A DNA stretch of 63,963 nucleotides, filler included, from 7 parts of 7 records of this genome joined end to end with filler, not necessarily neighbours in it; one strand, 5' to 3'; positions 50,737-60,329 are shown, numbered from the whole stretch's first letter. Notes: generated by a model from the letters alone, not told the origin. A program made the numbers and translations.

Positions 50737-52389
50737 ATGAATGGGCGCATGTCTCTGTTCCTCCGAAACAGTATTGGTGTCATGGCAGCGATGCTGGCAG
50801 GTGTGGCAACGCCGGTAGCAAATGCCATGGATAACTCGTTGGCATCTGGTGTGGTTCGCTTTGCGCTGGATACCGGTGAGGCTTCCTCGGTTGTCGGGTT
50901 GGCAATGAAGCTTGAAGGCGAATCGGCCGATTACCTTCAGGCCCGGCTTATGCTGGCCTCTGGGCAGCATGACGAGGCCAGGGCTGGGTTTGAGGCTGTA
51001 TTTAACGGTGCGTCTCACCGTGGCGAAGCAGCATTGGCTCTGGCTGAAATGGCACAGGAAGATGGCGATCTCACCGGTGCGGAAAACTGGTACCAACAGG
51101 CGCGCAGAACCGGCTATGGCGAAGTGGTTCAAAAAGCGCTTCTTGGTCTGGCGGAGCTGGCCAGAATACAAGGGAAGACCGACGCGGCCGGTCAATACCT
51201 TGCGCGTATGGAAGATGGCTACTGGGCGGCTGTGGGCTATATGAACCTGGCGGCGGATTTCGCCCGCGATGATCTCGATTCGTCACGGGCCCTGGTTTCG
51301 CTCCGGGTTGCCATGGCCATGGCTGCCAAGGATACCGACACCAGCCGGAGCCGGGCACTGCTGGATCAGCTCAATCTCCGGGCCGGCTATCTCGCACTGG
51401 GTAGCGACGATTACGACAAAGCGATTGATTTCCTGGAGAAGGTCTCTCTGGAAAGTTATCACACACCTCAGGCTCTCTATCTTCATGGCCTTGCCCTCTC
51501 GAGCAAAGGCAACCACCGTGCCGCCATGCAGAGCTGGCACCGTGCCAAGAAATTTCCGCTGGCATTTCCCGGTGTTTCAGATGCGTGGATCGGTATGGGC
51601 CGTGGTTACGATCTTTCCGGGTATCCGGGCCAGGCGGGAGAATCCTGGTTGGCAGCCAACGCGGCCTATGAGGGAGAACGGGTTACCCTTGGCAAGTTGT
51701 CCGAAAGGATCACGGCTGAAGGAGCCTACAAAGCTCTGGTTCAGGATGCCCGTAGTGACGACATTCAATGGTTTTTGGCCGATAACCGAACGTTAACCCA
51801 GCCACGAATGGCGTATCTTCTGCGCTTCATGGAATTACCCGGGGCCCAGGTGGCGGTGCGGAGGGTGGCGCGCCTTGATGAGATGGTCGCAACACTGGAT
51901 GCGAGCAAGTACAACCTGGAGGTTTTCATCCAGGCCCTTGAAGGCTTTATGGCCTCGGCCGGTTCAGGGGGGGCGGCGTCACAAACCGTGGTGCTTGAGC
52001 AGCAGCAGAGTGATCTGGAATCCAGATTGAATGGGTTGGTGGAGCAGGCGGCTACGCCTGCCCAGGTCGCAGAGTTGCGTCAGCTAAAACAGTCCCTGGC
52101 AGGAGCCGGCCGCCGAATGGGAGCGGTGAATCAGCAGCTCGTCCAAAGGCCTGAGCGCCTGGAAACGGTTCTGGACGACGCTGGTGCATTGAGAGACGCC
52201 ACCAAGGATTTACGTTACAAGACTCTTAGTCTCCGGGAGCAGGCTGCGCGAGAACTGGATGCACTGGCACTGGCGTTTGTTAAAAAGCAGACCCAGCGCA
52301 TGACTCACGCGCTGGACAAAACCGAGCAGCAAATCGCACGTCTCTACGAGTATCTGGCTCTGGAAAATCTCGGGGAGGGTGCACAGTGA
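50737..52389 (+). CDS. Exported tetratricopeptide repeat protein
   Basis: Signal peptide, TPR-like helical repeats, C-terminal coiled coil. Confidence 0.8.
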   Translation: MNGRMSLFLRNSIGVMAAMLAGVATPVANAMDNSLASGVVRFALDTGEASSVVGLAMKLEGESADYLQARLMLASGQHDEARAGFEAVFNGASHRGEAALALAEMAQEDGDLTGAENWYQQARRTGYGEVVQKALLGLAELARIQGKTDAAGQYLARMEDGYWAAVGYMNLAADFARDDLDSSRALVSLRVAMAMAAKDTDTSRSRALLDQLNLRAGYLALGSDDYDKAIDFLEKVSLESYHTPQALYLHGLALSSKGNHRAAMQSWHRAKKFPLAFPGVSDAWIGMGRGYDLSGYPGQAGESWLAANAAYEGERVTLGKLSERITAEGAYKALVQDARSDDIQWFLADNRTLTQPRMAYLLRFMELPGAQVAVRRVARLDEMVATLDASKYNLEVFIQALEGFMASAGSGGAASQTVVLEQQQSDLESRLNGLVEQAATPAQVAELRQLKQSLAGAGRRMGAVNQQLVQRPERLETVLDDAGALRDATKDLRYKTLSLREQAARELDALALAFVKKQTQRMTHALDKTEQQIARLYEYLALENLGEGAQ

Positions 52390-52914
52390 ATCTGCCTTTT
52401 GCTCCGCAGTCCTTCGCGGCACTCCTTGTCATGGTTATGACGTTGGCCCATGGGTCGGTTTCTGCGCAGGAATCGTTCCGCGTGGAGTTGGGGCGGGATG
52501 GTGAAACCCTGGGGGATATGCGCCCGGTGTTTCTGAAATTTGAGAGCCGGCCACTGCCGGCGATTTCGCCTCTTGAAGTGGCTCGCCGTTATCAGAAGCT
52601 GTTTGAGTCCTCGGATGAGCCTGAAGTGCGGATAGACGCCCTGAACCGGCTCAACAACATCCGTGATAGGTCGGGAGAGGACGTCGGGTTCTCCGAAGAG
52701 CGGGAAGCGGCCATCTATGAGGAAGTGCTCGAGAGCTACGAAAGCATTCTGGCAAAAGGGTCCTTTTCCGGGCGTCTCGACGAGTTGCTGTACCAGATGG
52801 CCAAGGCCCACGCGCTGACCGGGCAACCGGAGCAGTCCATCGCAAGACTGAAACAGCTTGTTGGGCTTTACCCGAACTCGGGACTGGTACCTGAGGCCCG
52901 CTTCCGCATTGCGG
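52386..52914 (+). CDS. Tetratricopeptide repeat protein (3' truncated)
   Basis: GTGA overlap; LYQMAKAH, LV..YPNS...EARFR. Confidence 0.8.
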
Positions 52915-53014
52915 NNNNNNNNNNNNNNNNNNNNNNNNNNNNNNNNNNNNNNNNNNNNTTAATTAATTAANNNNNNNNNNNNNNNNNNNNNNNNNNNNNN
53001 NNNNNNNNNNNNNN
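52915..53014. other. Artificial contig spacer
   Basis: N-run with TTAATTAATTAA. Confidence 0.99.
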
Positions 53015-53649
53015 GGGCAATAGGCGTTCATGGTCCAGCTGTAGCCCGATGATGTGGAAACGACATCAAACATCTTCTGACGGTCCAAACCCAGTTTGTC
53101 CGCAAGGGCAAATGCCTCACATGTGGCGATCATGGTGACTCCCAAGATCATGTTGTTACAGATCTTGGCCGCTTGCCCGGCTCCGGCGTCTCCGCAATGC
53201 ACGGCTTTTTGACCCATGATATCGAACAATGGGTCCGCTTTGCCGAACGCATCAGCTGACCCGCCAGCCATAAACGTCAACGTGCCACCAGCCGCGCCGC
53301 CAATACCACCTGAAACAGGGGCATCAACAAATAACACCCCAGCTGCTTGTGTGTCTGCATCGACTGCACGGGCGCTGTCAACGTCTACGGTTGAACAGTC
53401 AATCAACACGGCACCCTTAGACATCGCTGGAATTACATCGGCTGCAACAGCGCGCAGAATGTTGCCGTTGGGCAGCATGGTGATAACTGCATCCGCACCT
53501 GCGGCTGCCTCCGCCCCAGAGGACACCATTGTTACACCGTCGATGTTGACTTCTGCCATGTCGAACCCAACGACGTCATGGCCTGCTTTGGCAAGATTAG
53601 CCGCCATTGGGCCGCCCATGTTACCCAATCCGATGAACCCGATTTTCAT
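53015..53649 (-). CDS. mmsB: 3-hydroxyisobutyrate dehydrogenase (3' truncated; in frame with upstream hydrolase)
   Basis: MKIGFIGLGNMGGPMA, DAPVSGG, AAKICNN; own GAGGAG RBS. Confidence 0.92.
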
Positions 53650-54693
53650 GGCTTTCTCCTCTTCAAATGTCAGTGCGTCTGCGCCAAGAGGCTGCAGCAT
53701 TTTTGACACCGCAACAGTTGGCACTGATGTACCTGCAAACTGCCATTTGGGTGTCCGATCCTTGTCGATGATCTGGGCGCGGATGCCTTCCAGAAAATCA
53801 CCGTGCTCCATGGCACGATAGGTAAAGCGATACTCCAACTCCAAAGCTTTGCGGATACTCAGAGATGGGCCGCGCAAACGATGTATCATCTCAACGGTGC
53901 AGGCCATTGAAATCGGGCTGTTGCGGTTGATTGCCTTCAGAGTCTTTTGTGCAAATTCACTTTCATCGCCTGTAAGGCTGTTCTGAATATCACCCAGAGT
54001 TTCACCTGCAAAGTGTCGATCAATATCGATCTGAGCCGCACGCAGGGGGCCGGGCTCAGGGTCCTGAGCATGCGTTGCGATATGCGCGGGGTCGCCCGAG
54101 GCTTCGAGCAGTTCGATTAGATCAGCCCATTGCTCTTGCGGGATATACGTATCGGCAAACCCCGCAAGGATTGCATCATCCGGCCCAAGGCGACCCGCAG
54201 TAATGCCCAGATATTCTCCCAAACGACCGGGGGCCAATGCAAGGATGAGCGTGCCACCCACGTCGGGGACGAGGCCGATGCCGCATTCCGGCATAGCGAT
54301 TTTTGAGCTTTCGCAAACCACTCGATGTGATCCGTGGCAACCTATGCCTACGCCACCACCCATCGTGAAACCCTGCAAGAAGCTGATCACTGGCTTTGGG
54401 TATTCGAACAAAAACGCATTCATTCGATATTCGTCGCGCCAAAACGTGCGGCCAAAATCGAAATTCCCGGCGGTACCAGTTTCATACAGTTCGGCAATAT
54501 CGCCGCCGGCACAAAACGCCTTGTCGCCCTCGGCATCCAAGATGATCAGATCTACGGCGTCGTCTTCGCGCCAATTCCGCAAGGCCGTGTCGATGGCCAT
54601 GCACATGTCATAGCTCATCGCGTTCAAGGCATGGGGGCGGGTTAGGGTGATCCGGCCCGCGCGGCCGGTAACCCTAATGTCGATATCGCTCAT
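53650..54693 (-). CDS. 3-hydroxyisobutyryl-CoA hydrolase (crotonase family); no stop codon, reads into mmsB
   Basis: FCAGGD, MGGGVG, AMPECGIGLVPDVG, DFLEGIRAQIIDKDRTPKW. Confidence 0.9.
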
Positions 54694-54703
54694 GTCAGCT
54701 CCG

Positions 54704-55846
54704 TTACCGATTGGTCAGCATGTGGCGCGCCACGATCACGCGCATGATTTCGTTGGTGCCTTCCAAAATTTGGTGAACCCGCAAATCACGTACGATTTTT
54801 TCGATGCCATAATCCGCCAGATAGCCATAGCCACCATGCAGCTGCAAACACCCGTTGGCGACCTCAAATGACACATCAGTGACCATCAGTTTAGCCATCG
54901 CGCAGAACTTTGACGCATCGTGCGCCCCATTATCCAGCTTCCAAGCGGCCTGGCGGAGGAACGTGCGCGCCGCTTGCAGTTTGGTTTCATATTCTGCCAG
55001 ACGAAACTGAAGTCCTTGGAATTGGTCGATGGTCTTACCAAATGCCTTACGCTCGGACATATAATCCATCGTCAGATTGAGCGCGGTCTGTGCGCCACCC
55101 AAAGCCCCGGCGGAAATGTTCAGGCGACCACCATCCAAGCCAGCCATCGCATACGAGAAACCGCGCCCTTCTTCACCGATCAGATTATCAGCGGGGACTT
55201 TGCAATCATCAAACTGAACCTGTGCTGTTGGTTGTGCTTTCCAGCCCATCTTATCTTCGAGCCCGCCGAAACTAAGACCCTCGGCACCATCTTCAACAAC
55301 AACGGTTGAAATCCCTTTGGGTCCATCCTCGCCGGTGCGAACCATTGTTATATAGGCATCGGAATACCCACCACCCGAGATGAACGCCTTGGTTCCGTTC
55401 AGCTTATAGCCTTCGTTGTCGCGTTCAGCACGCGTGCGCAAGGCGGATGCATCAGACCCGCTGCCGGGTTCGGTCAAGCAATACGAAAACACTTTGTTCA
55501 TGGTGCAGAGATCAGGTAACCACTTTTGTTTGGTTTCTTCGCTGCCGAACTTGTCGATCATTCCCCCGCACATATTGTGGATCGACAGAAACGACCCAAC
55601 CGCCGGGCAGGACATCGCCAAAGCTTCGAACACCATGGTCGCATCCAAACGCGAGAGGCCAGAACCACCGTATTCTTCGGACACGTACAAGCCACCGAAC
55701 CCGAGCTCCCCAATTTGGGGCCACAGTTCTTTTGGGATCGTGCCTTGGGCTTCCCATGTCTGCGCGTGTGGGGCGATGTTTTCTTGTCCAAAGGCGTGAG
55801 CCATATCGAAAATGGCGCTCTGTTCCTCGGTCAATGCGAAATCCAT
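54704..55846 (-). CDS. Acyl-CoA dehydrogenase (isobutyryl-CoA dehydrogenase-like)
   Basis: YCLTEPGSGSD, GTKAFISG, QLHGGYGY, ILEGTNEIM; RBS GGGAG. Confidence 0.93.
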   Translation of the reverse strand: MDFALTEEQSAIFDMAHAFGQENIAPHAQTWEAQGTIPKELWPQIGELGFGGLYVSEEYGGSGLSRLDATMVFEALAMSCPAVGSFLSIHNMCGGMIDKFGSEETKQKWLPDLCTMNKVFSYCLTEPGSGSDASALRTRAERDNEGYKLNGTKAFISGGGYSDAYITMVRTGEDGPKGISTVVVEDGAEGLSFGGLEDKMGWKAQPTAQVQFDDCKVPADNLIGEEGRGFSYAMAGLDGGRLNISAGALGGAQTALNLTMDYMSERKAFGKTIDQFQGLQFRLAEYETKLQAARTFLRQAAWKLDNGAHDASKFCAMAKLMVTDVSFEVANGCLQLHGGYGYLADYGIEKIVRDLRVHQILEGTNEIMRVIVARHMLTNR

Positions 55847-55870
55847 GCCTGTCTCCCTCCCAGCGTGATG

Positions 55871-55890
55871 AATTGAACGTGTGTTTATTT
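55871..55890. promoter_or_regulatory. Possible repressor operator upstream of acyl-CoA dehydrogenase
   Basis: Imperfect palindrome AATTGAAC-GTGT-GTTTATTT. Confidence 0.3.
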
Positions 55891-55931
55891 CGCAATCCTT
55901 ACAGAAGTTTTGCAAGATGCGGAAGGGGAGG

Positions 55932-55999
55932 TGTAGCGCTGTTGTAGCGCGACTGTAGCGCGACAGAGATTTTTGCAAACTGGAACAGAGATATTTGCA
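55932..55999. repeat. Putative transposable-phage end: three 11-bp TGTAGCGC units and two 15-bp direct repeats 22 bp apart
   Basis: TGTAGCGC at 55932, 55943, 55954; ACAGAGATTTTTGCA at 55963 and ACAGAGATATTTGCA at 55985. Confidence 0.7.
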
Positions 56000-56033
56000 G
56001 CAACCGCTTTCGGGGTTCACAAGGTGAATTGAA

Positions 56034-57440
56034 TCACCTCAAACGAAAACGATTTCTCATGGTCAGCAGTAGGAAGAAAAGAAGAATAGTTCCAAGGACA
56101 GCTTGGATCCCCCATATGGCTTCAAAGCCTGGCGAATCCTCAAATTTCCCGTAGCTTTCCTTTAACGGTCCTCTGTTCAAACCTAGAAAAGTTTGCGCGT
56201 TTGAGAAGCTGATAGCTAGACTTAACAGTACGTCGCTTATCATGACGGGCCAACCTTGAGATGCGCGCAAGCACTCTTTGAAATACAAAGCTGGCAGAAT
56301 GATGCTCAGCATCCACCAACCTAGTGCGCGTTCCATGCCCCAACCATAGTTGAACATGAACCCGTATAACCTACTGAGGGCTGAGCTAATGCGCCAACCG
56401 TCTCGGACTTCTTTAGCTTGCGTGGATAAGCGGTAAAATAAGTGTTCATCATCAGGTCTTTTTAAATCTGACATGATCAATGCCAGACGATCATAGCAAT
56501 GGACCGCATTGGATGCCTCTATTTTACTTCTCGGGCGGGGAGGCCATTGGACTCCGTCCCATCGAGTGTCCTCGAACAGTTTTCTGTCGAAAAAAGAGGG
56601 AGCATAGGCAAAAACGGCTTTATTAAAGAATGTTCTGGCAAAGTTGAGCTGAGTCCCAGGTTCGCCATCAAAACTGACACTGCCCAAAAATTTCGCAGAC
56701 ACGTAGGTGGTTACGCCCCTAAATGAGGTCATATGGAACGATGTTGGCCCTCCGAACACTACATCGGAAAAGTTAGCATCATGTTCAAAACTCACATTTT
56801 TAAACTGGGTGTCATGCTTGAAATCGGAACCTCCGAAATTGGCATGTGAACGGAACTGAGAATCTAGAAAACTTACTTCTCTATGAAACGAGGAGTGAAA
56901 AAATGCCATTTTGAGAAAATCACAGTGCTCGAACCAGGCTTCATCAAAAAAGTTACAACCCGTAAAATAACAGTCTTCCCAAAATTCCGATTTTGAGAAG
57001 TTTGTGGATTTTCGGAAGTTGCACCGCTTCGAGATCACACAACCTGTGAATTTAGCATTCCTTGCATCAAGGTCAGAGAAGTTACTATCGGAGAGGTTCA
57101 AATCGCCTATAAAAACGTATCCGTTTATCGAGAAATTCTCAGGAAAGTTGAAGTTTGTCCAATCTATGCCTCCATCTAAAGTGGTTGGGAGGTATCTCAG
57201 ATCAGAAATTTTTGCTCGGAGTGCAGCAGTCGTATTCAGTCTGAGGCTCTTGTTCGTTAATGGATGTTGTGGATATTGGCTTGATTGCAGCTGCGACATT
57301 AGCGTGTTCCAAAGTGCACGCCCGTTAGCACCTAACGCGTTGCATTCAAGTGCAAATCTAATCCATGGGTTTGCGTTTTCTTTGGGATCGCCGTCGTCTA
57401 AAATTGGACTCATCACAACCAGTACCTCAAAGTTTGACAA
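56034..57440 (-). CDS. Pentapeptide repeat protein with C-terminal membrane region (prophage cargo)
   Basis: Repeats of F..A.F...A.F, three hydrophobic C-terminal segments, AT-richer than flanks. Confidence 0.85.
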   Translation of the reverse strand: MSNFEVLVVMSPILDDGDPKENANPWIRFALECNALGANGRALWNTLMSQLQSSQYPQHPLTNKSLRLNTTAALRAKISDLRYLPTTLDGGIDWTNFNFPENFSINGYVFIGDLNLSDSNFSDLDARNAKFTGCVISKRCNFRKSTNFSKSEFWEDCYFTGCNFFDEAWFEHCDFLKMAFFHSSFHREVSFLDSQFRSHANFGGSDFKHDTQFKNVSFEHDANFSDVVFGGPTSFHMTSFRGVTTYVSAKFLGSVSFDGEPGTQLNFARTFFNKAVFAYAPSFFDRKLFEDTRWDGVQWPPRPRSKIEASNAVHCYDRLALIMSDLKRPDDEHLFYRLSTQAKEVRDGWRISSALSRLYGFMFNYGWGMERALGWWMLSIILPALYFKECLRASQGWPVMISDVLLSLAISFSNAQTFLGLNRGPLKESYGKFEDSPGFEAIWGIQAVLGTILLFFLLLTMRNRFRLR

Positions 57441-57538
57441 GCACTATATTGAACCTTTTGGCGACAACAACCGCAGTCAAACCTGTCCTTCGTACTAACC
57501 TCAAATTATTGCTTTTTAAACACCATTTGAACGCCCTT

Positions 57539-58303
57539 CTAACCCGCTTTGTCACTCTTCGGATACTCCACCGCTAACCCTCCAACCTGCCGCCGCATCT
57601 TCCGATCCAGCGGCATTAGGTATTTATGACGTGTGACCCGAATGCGAGGAAAACTCTCTTTATGCCCTAATGAACGCGCATACTCCGGGCCTGTCATGCC
57701 TTTGCGGCGCGCGCGTTCACTCATACTGCGACCATGTATCAGTTGATCGTCGACTTGATATTTGTAGGACTTCTTGCATCCCACATAGATCCAGTTTGCG
57801 GCCTGATAAACACCGCCGTGATGGCCTTCTTCTGTGGCGGCGTAGGACACGATCAGACGTAGCCCTGGATTGGCGGCTTTTACCATGGCCATGGCTTCGC
57901 GCAGGATTTGCGACACCGGCGTTTTGTGCTTATCCAATGCTACGCGGCACAACTCACATATTTCGGTCTGTTCCAAGCCGTAAGGCTTGCCGATCGCGGG
58001 CGTGGCACCACGCCCAAAGACAACAGCGCCGATGAACGTACCATGCTCAAACACGCCGATCTTGTTGGATTTCGAACTCGGCATTGTTTTGGAATAATGC
58101 CACTCTTTGCAGGCCCACATGGCGTCATGAAACGAGATCCAGGCGCATGACAGTTGATAGGGTTCAGCCGTACTGGGGCCGAACTGATCAAGACGCGGTT
58201 GCGAATGAGCTGTGAGGGGGTAGACGATACGCTCGCCCCGGTTCCAGGGCTTAACCGGGGGACGGGTCAGATTGGTTTTGGCGTTGGGTTTGATCTTGGG
58301 CAC
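57539..58303 (-). CDS. mom: Mom family DNA modification protein (GNAT fold)
   Basis: WHYS, GAVVFG, ELCR, IVSYA...GHHGGVYQAANWIYVG; GTG start inside com. Confidence 0.78.
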   Translation of the reverse strand: MPKIKPNAKTNLTRPPVKPWNRGERIVYPLTAHSQPRLDQFGPSTAEPYQLSCAWISFHDAMWACKEWHYSKTMPSSKSNKIGVFEHGTFIGAVVFGRGATPAIGKPYGLEQTEICELCRVALDKHKTPVSQILREAMAMVKAANPGLRLIVSYAATEEGHHGGVYQAANWIYVGCKKSYKYQVDDQLIHGRSMSERARRKGMTGPEYARSLGHKESFPRIRVTRHKYLMPLDRKMRRQVGGLAVEYPKSDKAG

Positions 58304-58481
58304 TTTCGTGAGCCTTTCCTTCGCGATCTGGTCGCCTGGGTGAAGGGCTCTGATGTGGCCTCAGAATGTTGACCGCCTTGCAGCGGGGGCATTTGATTTC
58401 GAGCGCGCCGCTGAGGGCGTCAGGCTCAAGTTTGAATAGCAGTTTTGCACAGCCGGTGCATCGTATTTCTTCAGGTTTCAT
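58251..58481 (-). CDS. com: Com family zinc-finger translational regulator
   Basis: EIRCTGCAKLL...EIKCPRCKAVN; RBS GAGGT; overlaps mom start. Confidence 0.85.
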   Translation of the reverse strand: MKPEEIRCTGCAKLLFKLEPDALSGALEIKCPRCKAVNILRPHQSPSPRRPDREGKAHESAQDQTQRQNQSDPSPG

Positions 58482-58604
58482 TAACCGGAATCACCTCAGT
58501 CTTTTGGCCGGGAGCGGCCTTGAGGGTATTGGGGTCGGCGGGGGTCGAGTGTGAGAATTTGGACCCCGTTGCCAGCGCTTCGGTGCTGGCCTTCCACTCT
58601 AGTG

Positions 58605-58636
58605 GCCCGGTGCCGTCTGTTCTGACGGCACCGGGC
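58605..58636. terminator. 13-bp hairpin after tail-region gene
   Basis: GCCCGGTGCCGTC-TGTTCT-GACGGCACCGGGC; T-tract only on + strand. Confidence 0.55.
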
Positions 58637-58641
58637 TTTTC

Positions 58642-58849
58642 TTAGCTAATCGCCTGAATGAACGCCGCGTGTTGGTTCAGCGCGGTAAACAGAGCGGCGC
58701 GCTCTGCATCGTTCAACGCGGCCCCACCACCAAAAGCTGTGAACTCTTGGGCGGTGTAAATATCCGCATCCGTGCCACCGCGACCAACCACTGCGGTGGT
58801 CGCCAAAGCGTTGGCGTTAGAATTGATCGATCCGGTGATACGATCCGTG
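58642..58849 (-). CDS. 3' end of a probable phage tail-region protein
   Basis: Open frame from contig edge ending ...GAALNDAERAALFTALNQHAAFIQAIS-stop; position before com. Confidence 0.5.
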
Positions 58850-58949
58850 NNNNNNNNNNNNNNNNNNNNNNNNNNNNNNNNNNNNNNNNNNNNTTAATTA
58901 ATTAANNNNNNNNNNNNNNNNNNNNNNNNNNNNNNNNNNNNNNNNNNNN
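58850..58949. other. Artificial contig spacer
   Basis: N-run with TTAATTAATTAA. Confidence 0.99.
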
Positions 58950-59744
58950 CTTGTTTTCCATCGCGCCCATGTTGAAATCATCGACCGCAACGATGTTGAA
59001 CACGTCGAGATCGTATTCGCGCCCGTAAACCTGTTCGTCCCAAGTCATCGAGCGTTTGAGTGCGCCCATGGCGTAGTGAGTCTTGTCCTCATCCCCACGG
59101 CGCACCCAGATATTCAGCGCCACGGGGCGGCCCGACATGGTCATGAAATGATCGGAATAGGCCACCAGATCACCCGCGACGAGCGCAAAGAGATAGGCGG
59201 GCTTGGGCCAGGGGTCGTGCCATTCGGCCACCGGCCCGTGCCGGTCCACCGGGTTGCCGTTCGACAAAAGCACCGGCATCGGCGAATGGATGCGCACGGT
59301 GAAGGGGGCCATCACGTCGGGGCGGTCGGGATAGTAAGTGATCTTGCGAAAGCCCTCGGCCTCGCACTGGGTGCAGTACATGCCGCCGGACATGTAGAGC
59401 CCTTCCAGCGCGGTGTTGTCCTCTGGCGCGATTTCCACCTCGGCGTCCCAGGTGAATGCCTCGTCCGGCAGGCGGTCGGCGGGGATGGTCAGCGCGGTGT
59501 CCGTTCGCTGGTATTCGTTTTCCGACAGGGTCACGCCGTCGATGCTGGCGGAAATCAACGTCAGTTGCTCTCCATCCAGATGCAGATCGCCCTTGGCGAC
59601 AGCCGGATTGCGGATGAACCGGATGCGGGATGTGACGCGCGTGGCCTTGGGGGCGAGGGTGAAGTCCAGTTCCACCAGTTCGATCTGCCAATTGGGCGGG
59701 GTGTAGTCGGACAGATGGATTGTCTGGGGGGCAGCGGTGGTCAT
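58950..59744 (-). CDS. pepN: Aminopeptidase N (3' truncated)
   Basis: TQCEAEGFRKIT, DPWPKPAYLFALVAG, FNMGAMENK. Confidence 0.97.
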
Positions 59745-59946
59745 CCTGGAGGCCTTTTCCTGATCGCGCGGGCATATGAGTGCCAGTTTGTGTTGCAGTG
59801 GAGAACCGATTTGAAACGATCTTGGTCTTGGTGGAGATCAATAATTGAACCTGCTTTGCTTTCTGGCGACTAATACATATGAAACGAGCGAAGGACCACA
59901 GCCGCCTGCTTATCTGGTGGTCTCAAGCAAAGCAGAGGGAAGTGAA

Positions 59947-60234
59947 ATGAAAATCGCCCAGTTTATCGGTACCGGAGCAATCATTGCCCTGTCGGCCTGC
60001 GCTGCGCCTCCGCCGCCTCCGGCCATTCAGGGCGAGCTGATCCTGAACAAATACGGCCAGCCGACGGACTGCGTCGATGGGCAGTTTATCCCGGGAGCGG
60101 CTTATGAAGAGCAGTGTCTGCCACCGGAACAGTGCGATCCGAACCTTGCCGCCGCATCGAACTTTGATGATTGCCGACCTTATCGTGAATCCGAAGGAGA
60201 CAATGGCGGAACTGATCCGAACCAATACCCTTAA
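59947..60234 (+). CDS. Small Cys-rich lipoprotein
   Basis: MKIAQ...LSAC lipobox, poly-Pro, four further Cys; RBS GAGGGA. Confidence 0.65.
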   Translation: MKIAQFIGTGAIIALSACAAPPPPPAIQGELILNKYGQPTDCVDGQFIPGAAYEEQCLPPEQCDPNLAAASNFDDCRPYRESEGDNGGTDPNQYP

Positions 60235-60282
60235 CTGTTGTGATCGTTCAGGTGGAATGATCTATTCGGATAGAGATTCTTT

Positions 60283-60317
60283 TGAAGCCCCGGCCAAGCG
60301 CCGGGGTTTCATTTTTT
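60283..60317 (+). terminator. Intrinsic terminator
   Basis: TGAAGCCCCGGC-CAAGC-GCCGGGGTTTCA-TTTTTT. Confidence 0.8.
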
Positions 60318-60329
60318 GGCGGGAGATAG

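Larger units (their letters stand above)
55954..58849 (-). mobile_element. Right end of a probable Mu-like prophage
   Basis: Gene order tail-region gene, com, mom, cargo, then TG terminus with repeated sites; transposase not in the contig. Confidence 0.7.

Noticed and set aside
55847..56020. 58-aa N-terminal extension of acyl-CoA dehydrogenase in the ORF track
   Set aside because: Spans the prophage terminus; the RBS-supported start is at 55846.
18694..58949. Six recurring TTAATTAATTAA units flanked by N runs
   Set aside because: Artificial six-frame-stop linkers, not a biological repeat or CRISPR; gene adjacency across them is meaningless.
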